A stretch of DNA of 33,256 bases. It comes from a virus (lineage: Duplodnaviria > Caudoviricetes). Shown piece after piece: positions 1 to 8,623 of the stretch; the stretch's first letter is position 1; the number at the start of each line of letters is the position of its first letter. The DNA lies in IMG/VR virus record IMGVR_UViG_3300024247_000672, positions 1 through 33,256 of that record, one strand, 5' to 3'. The position numbers and the translations under genes are program-made. A model generated the notes under the pieces. The model searched no databases, was not told the DNA's origin, and was given only the letters and a program-made list of their open reading frames with translations.

Positions 1-1004
1 TACTGTGTAACTACACCATTCATATAAGCTAACATAAAGTATAGATCTGCTACACTAAATTTTCCATCATTATTAACATCCATTCTCCAGTAGTCTTTAG
101 AGTTGTAAACTCCACTGATTAATTTATTAGTAAAGTAACTGACATCACTTAGGGTAGGTATTGATAATGCAGGTTGTACTACATCAATAGTGTAGTCATA
201 GCTATTATAATCTAAAGTAGTGTTAAAGGAGTAATAACCATTTGAATCTGTTGTTGTAGTAGCTTGTGTTGTATATGAGAAACCAACTTGATTTTTATTT
301 TGAGTTTTTAGCTGTACTGTAACTCCGGCTAAAGCTTCTTCTTCTGCTCCGTAAACATATCCAGTATGAGTTATAGGTTCAGTATTAGGATTAGTATTAG
401 TCCATTCTGCAAATGGATGATTAGGACTAAGTTGGTTGTATGTATTACTACTTGGTATTTTATATTGAAAATTTGCAGCACCTACACCACCAAAATTTTG
501 AATTCTATATTCAAACTCATACCATGTATTTTTGTCTAGTGTTGCCGTACCATAAGCCCATGTATTCCACCCATACCATTTAGTAACTATATCATTAGTT
601 TTACCAATACCTTTAATCATAAACTCATGTGAGTCATCTGTATATGTTCTGAACCCGTATGTACCTGATTTGTTAGGTTTAAACCAACCTGTATAGATGA
701 TTGCGTATCTTTGAGTACCGGCTCCACCCCATCTTGGTGGATTCCATAGTTGTTGAGGAGTATGATTACCACCTCTTGGTCCTTCGTAACTTGTTATATC
801 TACCGTTGTATCTAAATAAAGTGTAGTACCACCATCAGCAAGATTAACCATGTTATCAAATTCTGTATGGCCGTTAGCATTACCTGTATAATATTGACCT
901 GATTGGCTCCCACCATAGTGAGTCTTAAGTGAACGTACGTTTACTGTAGTCTGTGCATTTATAAAACCGCTAATTAGCACTAATAAGAAAGCTAATCTTT
1001 TCAT
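1..1004 (-). CDS. Secreted protein (3' end outside window): signal peptide + PA14-like domain + Cna-B/SdrD-like Ig segment + dockerin-type Ca-binding repeat
   Basis: Not in ORF track; translated by hand from ATG at 1004, open to the window edge: MKRLAFLLVLISGFINA|QTT..., YAIIYTGWFKPNKSGTYGFRTYTDDS (PA14 signature), LAGVTVQL...TTTTDSNGYYSF (Cna-B-like), DVNNDGKFSVADL (dockerin/EF-hand-like). Confidence 0.8.
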   Translation of the reverse strand, partial: MKRLAFLLVLISGFINAQTTVNVRSLKTHYGGSQSGQYYTGNANGHTEFDNMVNLADGGTTLYLDTTVDITSYEGPRGGNHTPQQLWNPPRWGGAGTQRYAIIYTGWFKPNKSGTYGFRTYTDDSHEFMIKGIGKTNDIVTKWYGWNTWAYGTATLDKNTWYEFEYRIQNFGGVGAANFQYKIPSSNTYNQLSPNHPFAEWTNTNPNTEPITHTGYVYGAEEEALAGVTVQLKTQNKNQVGFSYTTQATTTTDSNGYYSFNTTLDYNSYDYTIDVVQPALSIPTLSDVSYFTNKLISGVYNSKDYWRMDVNNDGKFSVADLYFMLAYMNGVVTQ

Positions 1005-1020
1005 ATAAGTAATTATTCAT

Positions 1021-1046
1021 AAAAAAGAGGGCTAATGCCCTCCTTT
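1021..1046 (-). terminator. Rho-independent terminator
   Basis: Minus strand GAGGGC-ATTA-GCCCTC followed by T6, just after the holin-like gene. Confidence 0.75.
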
Positions 1047-1066
1047 ATAAGTTACATTATTTTAGG

Positions 1067-1324
1067 TTACTTTCCCCTGTTGCCGAATACTTTACCGACC
1101 TCAGCTATTCCAAAAGCTCCTAATACTATCCACACAAAGGAGTCGTATATAAATTCGTTTATTACTAAATCTGTACCTATGTATCCAGTTACTAGATCTG
1201 CTACTGCAAAAATTACCATCACAGCAAATGCTAGAAAACCAACTACGGACTTTTCGTTAATATTATTATCATCGTCAAATAAGTTCTTGAATCCCATTAT
1301 TTTATCTTTAATATATTTAAACAT
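1067..1324 (-). CDS. Small two-TM membrane protein, holin-like
   Basis: Start moved to ATG 1324 because the longer ORF crosses a terminator; two hydrophobic helices and basic C-terminus. Confidence 0.6.
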   Translation of the reverse strand: MFKYIKDKIMGFKNLFDDDNNINEKSVVGFLAFAVMVIFAVADLVTGYIGTDLVINEFIYDSFVWIVLGAFGIAEVGKVFGNRGK

Positions 1325-1366
1325 AGTATAACATATTTGTGTGTAACGATTTAATAATAAATAGCT

Positions 1367-1392
1367 AAAAAAAAAGAGACCCGAAGGTCTCT
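1367..1392 (-). terminator. Rho-independent terminator with C(UUCG)G tetraloop
   Basis: Minus strand AGAGACC-TTCG-GGTCTCT followed by T-run. Confidence 0.85.
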
Positions 1393-1426
1393 CATTTATC
1401 AAAAAAGATTTTTGTGTTACTGTAAC

Positions 1427-1648
1427 CTATAGCTTTGTCACTTCTTTTGGAAGGAACTCTGCATTAACGTGTCCACAATCGGTACATGCAAAGACTGGGA
1501 TTGGAACGTACGTGGGCTTTCCTGTCCCTGTTAGTAAGCCTGAGGCTTTTCTAATTAACAGTACTTGCTGGAAATGTATATGTCCGCATTCTTCACATTC
1601 TACACCCTGTGTTTGATTAATATCGAAATTGACTTGAGGTTGTTGCAT
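1427..1648 (-). CDS. Zinc-ribbon protein
   Basis: CEECG...CTDCG pair in 73 aa. Confidence 0.75.
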   Translation of the reverse strand: MQQPQVNFDINQTQGVECEECGHIHFQQVLLIRKASGLLTGTGKPTYVPIPVFACTDCGHVNAEFLPKEVTKL

Positions 1649-1650
1649 CC

Positions 1651-2016
1651 TTATTTATTTTCTTTTTTGTTAGATCTACGTGTTTTCTTATTAGAAGGCT
1701 TACGTCCTCTTCTAGGCTTTCCTTTAGCAGCCTGTACTACATCGTCTGCTTGAGCTACTACTTCTTTAGCTGCATCAACAACGTCTTTTACTTCCTGTTT
1801 TACTCGTTTAGCTCTACGCTTTACTTCTTTTACAGTTTGATCAACATCTTCTTTGATGTCCTCTACCTTTTCTTTTACATCTTCGATAGTGTCTTCTATC
1901 TCGTCTGGAATATAATCTCCATCTCTGTCATTGATTTTACCTTGTTTGTAAAATCCAAAATAATAAACTCCTGCTACTATAACTAAGAGTCCTAAAATAA
2001 TTAAAATTGTGTTCAT
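1651..2016 (-). CDS. Membrane-anchored coiled-coil protein with basic tail
   Basis: N-terminal TM helix, DRDGDYIPD Ca-binding-like motif, heptad-rich middle, K/R-rich C-terminus. Confidence 0.7.
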   Translation of the reverse strand: MNTILIILGLLVIVAGVYYFGFYKQGKINDRDGDYIPDEIEDTIEDVKEKVEDIKEDVDQTVKEVKRRAKRVKQEVKDVVDAAKEVVAQADDVVQAAKGKPRRGRKPSNKKTRRSNKKENK

Positions 2017-2041
2017 GTTTGTTACTTAAGTTATTATTAAT

Positions 2042-2539
2042 TTATAAATATTCAATACCGTTTTTTCTAGGGTACTTTTCTGTAATATGGTAATAGAATT
2101 CTATCAACGTATCGTTAAATTCTACTAACTCATCTAATACTTTATCTTTAGCTAGACCTATCAATTCACTAAAGGACTTAGCTAAGCTTTCTAATTTTCT
2201 CTTTTCATCTGCTTCGTAGTCTTCTAGCAACCTTTTACGTCTTGCTCTATCTAAAGAAGTCTCTTCTACATACCTACCTATATCTTCATGTAGCTCAGCA
2301 AACTTACTATTCATCCTATGTTCTACTATCTCAGCTTCGAACTTAAACGAGGAGAGATCAAAGTCTCCGTTAAGTATTCTATCTCTCAACGGACTCCTAT
2401 TAGACATAGGTTTATTTTTTTCTACATAACTCCTCCACCAATGAAACCTATTGTAGGGTCTCTTATAGAAGTTCTCTTTAAAGTACTCTTCTAACCACTC
2501 TATTTTATGCGACGGACTATAAGGATTATTTATTTTCAT
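2042..2539 (-). CDS. Hypothetical protein
   Basis: 165-aa ORF directly downstream of a promoter motif. Confidence 0.7.
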   Translation of the reverse strand: MKINNPYSPSHKIEWLEEYFKENFYKRPYNRFHWWRSYVEKNKPMSNRSPLRDRILNGDFDLSSFKFEAEIVEHRMNSKFAELHEDIGRYVEETSLDRARRKRLLEDYEADEKRKLESLAKSFSELIGLAKDKVLDELVEFNDTLIEFYYHITEKYPRKNGIEYL

Positions 2540-2545
2540 ATAATT

Positions 2546-2556
2546 TAATATACGAA
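2546..2556 (-). promoter_or_regulatory. Promoter motif class A (TTCGTATATTA)
   Basis: Recurrent intergenic motif, TTTG about 16 nt upstream. Confidence 0.6.
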
Positions 2557-2564
2557 TAATAATC

Positions 2565-2849
2565 CTAATCGCAAACTTTTTTTACTGAAAGTTCATCTTT
2601 AGCTATGTTTAAAAGCAATGAGGGTTTCATATCTTTATACTGTCGCGCAATATTTGCCACAGTCTCTACCAACTCTAACTCAGTATAACTTTCAACAGAC
2701 TTGTGAAATTCTCTTTTCCTAATACTTATCCCTCCATCAGGAGATTCATAGATATATGTCTTAGGCTCGCTTTCACCGCCTATCTCCGGTACGTTATATT
2801 TACCCCCTTGGTCGCTAAGCTCGTAGTATTTTTTAACTGAATCACTCAT
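2565..2849 (-). CDS. Hypothetical protein (IYESPDGG motif)
   Basis: 94-aa ORF; IYESPDGG..I..R motif typical of small phage proteins. Confidence 0.65.
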   Translation of the reverse strand: MSDSVKKYYELSDQGGKYNVPEIGGESEPKTYIYESPDGGISIRKREFHKSVESYTELELVETVANIARQYKDMKPSLLLNIAKDELSVKKVCD

Positions 2850-2985
2850 AACTTTTATTTTTATGTTTAGGTTTGCGCTTGTATTGCTTTTTACTTCTAT
2901 GAGGTAGAGGTATCGTTAGTGCCTGTCTCCACTCCTGGTATGTTAGTACTACTGTCTGTAGTTTTTTCTTTATTCCATTCATCAT
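2842..2985 (-). CDS. Small basic peptide, ArfA/BrfA-like KH motif
   Basis: Start moved to ATG 2985/2982, downstream of the promoter at 3017-3027; RSKKQYKRKPKHKN. Confidence 0.45.
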   Translation of the reverse strand: MMNGIKKKLQTVVLTYQEWRQALTIPLPHRSKKQYKRKPKHKNKSYE

Positions 2986-3016
2986 TAAAGTATTCAAATG
3001 CTTCTGCCATATTAAT

Positions 3017-3027
3017 AAATATAAGAA
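3017..3027 (-). promoter_or_regulatory. Promoter motif class A (TTCTTATATTT)
   Basis: Recurrent intergenic motif. Confidence 0.55.
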
Positions 3028-3058
3028 AAATAAAATTGTATTCCTACTATTACTTGAT

Positions 3059-3066
3059 CTATTTAT
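3059..3066 (+). promoter_or_regulatory. Motif class B (CTATTTAT), putative late promoter
   Basis: In sense orientation 4 nt before the only plus-strand gene; the same motif precedes four minus-strand genes. Confidence 0.5.
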
Positions 3067-3070
3067 AAAC

Positions 3071-3397
3071 ATGAAGACACTCCTAACATTATTCCTCCTT
3101 GCGTTTACTTTACCGGCTACTGCACAACTATTAACCGAATACGACAAACAGTATCACTTTGCAGCAGGTGCTCTAGTTTCTGCCGGTACCTACACTCTTG
3201 TTTATACTAAGACGAAGAGTAAGAAAAAAGCATTGATATACTCCGTTGCTTCTTCTATCTTAATTGGTACATTAAAAGAAATTGTCGATAGCAGAGAGAA
3301 GGGGAATCGCTTTGATAAACGTGATTTATTAGCCACTACCTACGGAGGTCTCACCATTGGAGTAACATTCAACTTATTTACGAAAAAAAAGCCCTAG
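3071..3397 (+). CDS. YfiM/VanZ-like membrane protein with signal peptide
   Basis: ATA|Q signal peptide, DKQYHF..G, KE..D and FD..DL.A...G motifs, hydrophobic helices. Confidence 0.65.
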   Translation: MKTLLTLFLLAFTLPATAQLLTEYDKQYHFAAGALVSAGTYTLVYTKTKSKKKALIYSVASSILIGTLKEIVDSREKGNRFDKRDLLATTYGGLTIGVTFNLFTKKKP

Positions 3398-3412
3398 CGT
3401 TTCCGGAAGGGC
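3383..3412 (-). terminator. Probable terminator of the groEL unit
   Basis: GCCCT...AGGGC stem followed by T8 on the minus strand, in the convergent region. Confidence 0.5.
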
Positions 3413-3472
3413 CTTAATAATTCGCGCGTGGCGACTTCGTCGGAGAGAGAGAAACGCCCCCTCCCCTTGACC

Positions 3473-3646
3473 CTATCCTTTCACAGCATCCATATTAGCT
3501 TTCTTGTAAGGAGTAATTAATTTTTTAATCTCTCCTGCTGCTTTACGGGCTTTAGCTTGTGATGTCTTAGTTGACCCTTCGTTGTTTTCTTGAAGGATGT
3601 TAAACTGCTCTGCAATTTGTTCGAATAACTCTTGTTTTGCACTCAT
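3473..3646 (-). CDS. Histone H1-like (Hc1-type) nucleoid protein; in frame with an upstream 44-codon segment starting at 3778
   Basis: MSAKQELFEQIAEQF...SQAKARKAAGEIKKLITPYKKA matches my recollection of the Bacteroidota Hc1-like pattern (..RARKA..E..K....RK.S). Confidence 0.6.
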   Translation of the reverse strand: MSAKQELFEQIAEQFNILQENNEGSTKTSQAKARKAAGEIKKLITPYKKANMDAVKG

Positions 3647-3777
3647 AATTTTTGGTTTTTTATTTAACTTAGTTTTAGGGTAGGTCATTTCTGTCTTTAT
3701 TAACCTATCCCCTTCATACGTCCATTTATCTTTAAGGCCGTACTCATTTGTATATTCTCTAACTGTTATATTTGACA

Positions 3778-5412
3778 TTACATCATCATGTTAGGATCAA
3801 TACCTTTACTTTCTTTCTCTTTAATATTAGAGATAACCGTTTCTGTAATCAACATAGTACCGGCTACAGAAGCTGCATTCTCTAAAGCGAGTCTAGTAAC
3901 TTTTGTAGGATCAATTATTCCTGCCTCCAACATATTAACTACCTCTTCTTTTCTTGGGTCGTAGCCTGCCCATGTATCTCCTTCAGAAGTTAGAACTAAC
4001 TCTTCTACGTCACCTGCATTGACATTACTGTATCCTGCGTTTTCAAGTATCTGGAAGAATGGTTTTTCTATTGATTGAATAACTATATCATATCCTGTTT
4101 GTTGGTCTTTGACTGCTATATCTCCTATAATACCTGTAAGGTACTTTGATGCGTTGAGGAGAGCAATTCCACCTCCAGGTAGTATGCCTTCTTCTAATGC
4201 TGCTTTTGTTGCATGAAGTGCATCGTCAACCCTATCCTTCTTTTCTTTCATTTCCACTTCAGTATGTCCTCCTACATGTACAATCGCTACACCTCCAATA
4301 AATGCTGCTAACCTCTCTTGTAGATTTTCAACTTCATAGTTAGAAGAACTTTCATCAATTTGAGATTTTAACTCTTCAACTCTTAATTGAATAGCTTCTT
4401 CCTCTCCTTGTGCATCTATAATAGTAGCGGTATCTTTACCTACTACTACTTTTTTAGCTGTACCTAACCAAGTAGAGTCAAACTTATCTAATCGCATTCC
4501 TTTATCAGGTGAGATAACTGTTCCTCCTGTTAGTACTGCAATGTCTTCTAGCATTGCTTTCTTACGATCACCGAATGCAGGAGCTTTAATTGCTACTGCT
4601 TGTAGTATACCTCTCATCTTATTCACTACTAAAGTAGATAACGCTTCTCCGTCTATGTCATCAGCAATAATTACTAATGATTTATTTTGTTGGGAAACTG
4701 CTTCTAAGATAGGTAAAATCTCTTTTACTTGGTTTAATCTTTTATCTGCAATAAGAATTAACGGATCTCGAAGAACAGCTTGCATTGTATTATTATCTGT
4801 AACAAAATAAGGAGACTTATAACCTCTGCTAAATTGCATTCCTTCTACCGTTTCTAGGTAGGTTTCTCCTGTTCTTGATTCTTCGATAGTAATTACACCG
4901 TCGCGTCCTACTTTATCCATGGCTGTGGAAATTAACTCACCAACTTCTGTATCGTTGTTAGCTGATATGGTAGCGACTTGTTTTAACTGTTCTTCGTCCG
5001 TAATATCTTTTGAATACTCTTTTAAATAATCTACTGTCTTTTCTACTGCATCGTCGATACCTCTCTTGATATCTACAGCATTTACTGCATTGTTCATTCT
5101 CTCGATACCCTGCTTGTAAATTTCTCTTGCTAATAGTGTTGACGTAGTAGTTCCGTCTCCGGCCTGATCAGCAGTCTTAATAGAAGCTTGTTTAACTAAT
5201 TGTGCTCCTATATTTTCTACTCTATCTTCTAAGTCTATAGATTTAGCAACTGTAACTCCATCTTTAGTTGATACCGGGTTACCTTGATCTTGTTCTATTA
5301 TAGCGTTACGTCCTGATGGACCTAATGTAGCAACAACTGCATCTGCTAATTTATTAACTCCTTTAAGTAGTTCTTCTCTTGCTTCTGATGAAAATATAAT
5401 CTTTTTATCCAT
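3778..5412 (-). CDS. groEL: Chaperonin GroEL
   Basis: [34 protein letters not shown] motifs; 544 aa. Confidence 0.98.
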   Translation of the reverse strand: MDKKIIFSSEAREELLKGVNKLADAVVATLGPSGRNAIIEQDQGNPVSTKDGVTVAKSIDLEDRVENIGAQLVKQASIKTADQAGDGTTTSTLLAREIYKQGIERMNNAVNAVDIKRGIDDAVEKTVDYLKEYSKDITDEEQLKQVATISANNDTEVGELISTAMDKVGRDGVITIEESRTGETYLETVEGMQFSRGYKSPYFVTDNNTMQAVLRDPLILIADKRLNQVKEILPILEAVSQQNKSLVIIADDIDGEALSTLVVNKMRGILQAVAIKAPAFGDRKKAMLEDIAVLTGGTVISPDKGMRLDKFDSTWLGTAKKVVVGKDTATIIDAQGEEEAIQLRVEELKSQIDESSSNYEVENLQERLAAFIGGVAIVHVGGHTEVEMKEKKDRVDDALHATKAALEEGILPGGGIALLNASKYLTGIIGDIAVKDQQTGYDIVIQSIEKPFFQILENAGYSNVNAGDVEELVLTSEGDTWAGYDPRKEEVVNMLEAGIIDPTKVTRLALENAASVAGTMLITETVISNIKEKESKGIDPNMMM

Positions 5413-5713
5413 TTACTTCTTCTTTAACTGTTGCTAAAATTTCTCTATCCTGTACTATGAAATACTCTTCTCCTTCAAAGTCAATACGTAATGTACCAAT
5501 TTTAGGGACTAATACTATATCTCCAACGGATACATTTACTGAAATAAACTGGCCAAATTCTGATTGTCTACCAGAACCTATTGCAAGCACTTCGCCCATT
5601 TCAGGTTTTTCTTTACCCATATCTGGGATTACTATGTTCCCATACATCTGCTCGCCTTCATCTATTGGCTTAAGTAGTATACGGTCGTTTTGTGGAATAA
5701 GTCTTTTACTCAT
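5405..5713 (-). CDS. groES: Co-chaperonin GroES
   Basis: LIPQNDRILL, IVIPD..KEKP..GEVLAIG.G, VGDIV, EILA motifs; adjacent to groEL. Confidence 0.96.
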   Translation of the reverse strand: MSKRLIPQNDRILLKPIDEGEQMYGNIVIPDMGKEKPEMGEVLAIGSGRQSEFGQFISVNVSVGDIVLVPKIGTLRIDFEGEEYFIVQDREILATVKEEVNG

Positions 5714-5738
5714 GTATAACTGTTTTTATTTATTAAAT

Positions 5739-5749
5739 TAATATACGAA
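5739..5749 (-). promoter_or_regulatory. Promoter motif class A upstream of groES
   Basis: TTCGTATATTA with TTTG upstream. Confidence 0.6.
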
Positions 5750-5767
5750 CTATTTTTCGAAAATCAA

Positions 5768-6264
5768 ACCCTAGAGCGGATAAAACCTATTTAATTTTCA
5801 AAGATCTTGGTGCAGATCCTTTTGCAAACGGAATATCAATCTTCAACAAACCGTTTACAAAGTTTGCTTCAGCTTTTGATAAGTCGTATTTGCTATCGAT
5901 TTTCCATCCTAGGTTAAAGGAACGTTTCGCTATACCTCTGTGTAGGTATTTTGTTTCTTCCTTAACTTTGGATTTTTCGTAATTTACCTTAAGGTTGTTT
6001 CCATCTACAATAATCTCAATTTCTTCTTTTGGGATTCCTGTACAAGCAATATCTATCTGAACTCCGGATGGAACTTCGATAACGTCTACTGGATGGGCTA
6101 CTTTGGTGTCGTGTGCTAGCGGAGAAAATTTGCCAGCTTCTTGAAAAAGATTTCTAACTAAAATGTCGAACGGAGACCGTTCATTTAAAAATAATGTACT
6201 CATATCATATAGTGTTGCGAGTGCCTAAGCTACTCATGTTAATAAAAAAAAATCGCTCTAGGGT
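5768..6264. repeat. 11-bp perfect inverted repeat flanking hsp20
   Basis: ACCCTAGAGCG at 5768-5778 and CGCTCTAGGGT at 6254-6264. Confidence 0.8.
5787..6203 (-). CDS. Small heat-shock protein (Hsp20/alpha-crystallin)
   Basis: YLHRGIAKRSF and A.FVNGLLKIDIP motifs. Confidence 0.95.
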   Translation of the reverse strand: MSTLFLNERSPFDILVRNLFQEAGKFSPLAHDTKVAHPVDVIEVPSGVQIDIACTGIPKEEIEIIVDGNNLKVNYEKSKVKEETKYLHRGIAKRSFNLGWKIDSKYDLSKAEANFVNGLLKIDIPFAKGSAPRSLKIK

Positions 6265-6300
6265 CAATTCTCTTTAGTATAAATAGACCGTGATTTACTT

Positions 6301-8610
6301 TTAATGTCCTTCTTTCCAATTGTCAGCTATTTCAGGAGGTGCTTTCAACGTAACTCCAGGTAGTACTAGGTTATTCTCCATTATCTCTTGTACTATAGGA
6401 GCAAAGTCTTTTGCTTGATCTTCTCTAATATTAATTATAAGTTGATCATGAACCTGCGCTTGTACGATTGCATCGATTTTCATCTCTTTAGCTTTACGGT
6501 TGATCTTAAGTGCTGCTCTATTCACTACAGATGCTGCTAATGACTGAAGTTGAAAGTTTAAGCAGTTATTCAAGCCGTTTCTATAATCTCTATATACCTG
6601 CAGTACTTGGTCCTTACCGTATTGCTCAGATAGTTGATTTCTAAATCTCCAGTCCATTATTCTTTCTCCGAACTTCTCATATATTTTAGTAACCTTAGGT
6701 AAGTGTCTAATACGTCCTACATAGTTTTTAATGTACCCATGAGCTTTAACTTGTAATCTAGAATCTTCTCTCCATTTCTTTAGATCAGGAAAACCATCTA
6801 GATAACCTGCTACTAGTTTTTCTGCTTCTTTAGTAGGGATACCTAATGTCATACCTAAAGCATACGCCTCCATTCCGTATGCAATACCTAATGAATAGGC
6901 CTTAGCTTGATTACGTTTGACAGGATCTAACTTCTTTAAGTAGTTGTCAGCTTTTTTATCCGGCGATACTCCTTTCAGTTCTTCAGTTTGTATAGCTACG
7001 GTTGAGTAGAAATCCCAGCCATTATTAAATATCTCCTGTAATTTAAGATCCCCTGTAACTGAAGCAAAGCAATGAGGCTCTAATGATTCGTAATCCGAAT
7101 CTATTACCTTTCTATCTTTTCCAGCAATTAAAAATGCTCTAACAATATTAGTATATTTAACAATGATCGGAGCATCTTCTCCTTCTTCTTTAGGTTTAGG
7201 GAGCTGTTGAGCATCCGAACCGTAACGACCTGATACAGTACCGTGTTGTTTAAAGTAGAAGTAGTATCTACCGTCTTCGCTATTATCTATAAACCTATCA
7301 ACATACGTAGATTTAATCTTAAGTAGTTTATTATATATTCTCAAGTTTTCAGCCCAAGCATAGGTCTTAGCTAAGCTCTCTAACATATCCATATCAAACT
7401 GAGCTTGACCTTTTCTAGTCTTACTCTTAGCTTTAATACCCATATAGTTAAATACAATCTCACCTAAGTGTTTTTTAGATTGTATATTGATATACTCTCC
7501 ATCATTCTTCTCTTTCCAAAGCGACATAGAAATACGGGCTATTTCTATTTCCTCTAATACTGAATTGTCACCTGTTAGTAGGAATTGCTTTGCAGGACTA
7601 TCTTCTAGCTCTTCGATATTCTTTTGAGTAAGAGAATATTTACCAGTCTTTTCCGATTTAGGTAAAGATAGTGAATATCTTTCAGCAAGCTTTTGAGCCC
7701 AGCTACCTTTATGGTTAGGAGGAAAATTATCGAATGCAGTATTCATAACCCATTTTTTAGCTTCAGAAGTTGCTAATAAGCTCTTCATAACTACTCCTTT
7801 ATTCTCCTGTAAGTCTTTAACTATATTATCATGAGTTTCTTGTAATAGGTCCATATCTAAGTCTACTCCGTAGTTTTCCATAGGAATAGTAACTTCTCTG
7901 TATATCGGCATTACCTCATCTTCAAAAAAGAACTTCTCTAGATTCTCTTCCTTAAGTTTAGTAAGGAAGTAGTTACATAAGCGAAGAGTTAAATCCGTAT
8001 CCGCAGATGCATACTTAGATAGTATATCAAGATCTGCTTTATAAATTTCAAAATTAGTTTTTGTAACCTCTCCTCCGTTTTTCTTTATAGAATCCTTAAG
8101 TTCTATTTGCTCTTCATTAGCTGCTTTTTCTACATCTAATCCTATATGCTCCTGTACTGATATAGCTAAGGCTTTTAAACCGAATACTCCCATACCAGCG
8201 CCTTCTTCCTGTACAGTATGAACTAGTAGTAACGTCTCTACCCACAGATCTTCTAATAAATCTACTCCAAAGTAGTTATTAATAAACCTACAGTCAAATG
8301 AAGCATTATGCATTACCAGCTTCTTACCTTTTAACATTTTAAGTAGGTTCTTAGAAATCACTTCTGTACTTTGTCCGTTAATTTCCTGTACTTGCAATTC
8401 ATTTGCTTCATGACTCCATACAAGAGTCGGTAGGTAAAACCCTATACCTTCTGCTCCGGAAATAGACCACCCGACTATCTTTCCTTTTCTCATATTTAAC
8501 GAAGTCGTTTCCGTATCTATAGCAATCACTTCTGATTCTTCTATATGTTGGAACATTAGCTTTAACGTCTCTGAGTCCTGTACTGTGTAATACTTTTTTT
8601 CTATTTGCAT
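6301..8610 (-). CDS. polA: Family A DNA polymerase with 3'-5' exonuclease
   Basis: ExoI AIDTETT, ExoII HNASFD, ExoIII YASADT; motif A DYESLE, motif B RNQAKAYSLGIAYG, motif C VHDQL. Confidence 0.96.
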   Translation of the reverse strand: MQIEKKYYTVQDSETLKLMFQHIEESEVIAIDTETTSLNMRKGKIVGWSISGAEGIGFYLPTLVWSHEANELQVQEINGQSTEVISKNLLKMLKGKKLVMHNASFDCRFINNYFGVDLLEDLWVETLLLVHTVQEEGAGMGVFGLKALAISVQEHIGLDVEKAANEEQIELKDSIKKNGGEVTKTNFEIYKADLDILSKYASADTDLTLRLCNYFLTKLKEENLEKFFFEDEVMPIYREVTIPMENYGVDLDMDLLQETHDNIVKDLQENKGVVMKSLLATSEAKKWVMNTAFDNFPPNHKGSWAQKLAERYSLSLPKSEKTGKYSLTQKNIEELEDSPAKQFLLTGDNSVLEEIEIARISMSLWKEKNDGEYINIQSKKHLGEIVFNYMGIKAKSKTRKGQAQFDMDMLESLAKTYAWAENLRIYNKLLKIKSTYVDRFIDNSEDGRYYFYFKQHGTVSGRYGSDAQQLPKPKEEGEDAPIIVKYTNIVRAFLIAGKDRKVIDSDYESLEPHCFASVTGDLKLQEIFNNGWDFYSTVAIQTEELKGVSPDKKADNYLKKLDPVKRNQAKAYSLGIAYGMEAYALGMTLGIPTKEAEKLVAGYLDGFPDLKKWREDSRLQVKAHGYIKNYVGRIRHLPKVTKIYEKFGERIMDWRFRNQLSEQYGKDQVLQVYRDYRNGLNNCLNFQLQSLAASVVNRAALKINRKAKEMKIDAIVQAQVHDQLIINIREDQAKDFAPIVQEIMENNLVLPGVTLKAPPEIADNWKEGH

Positions 8611-8623
8611 ATATAACCTTTTA

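Noticed and set aside
3420-3470. Possible hammerhead ribozyme in the GC-rich island
   Set aside because: CCGACGA deviates from CUGANGA and no correctly placed GAAA or stem II occurs on the same strand.
6214-6238. CIRCE-like sequence (GAGTGCCTAA / TTAGGCACTC) upstream of hsp20
   Set aside because: CIRCE is TTAGCACTC-N9-GAGTGCTAA; here there is one imperfect half, the arms are in the opposite order and there is no 9-nt spacer. Better read as an RNA hairpin.
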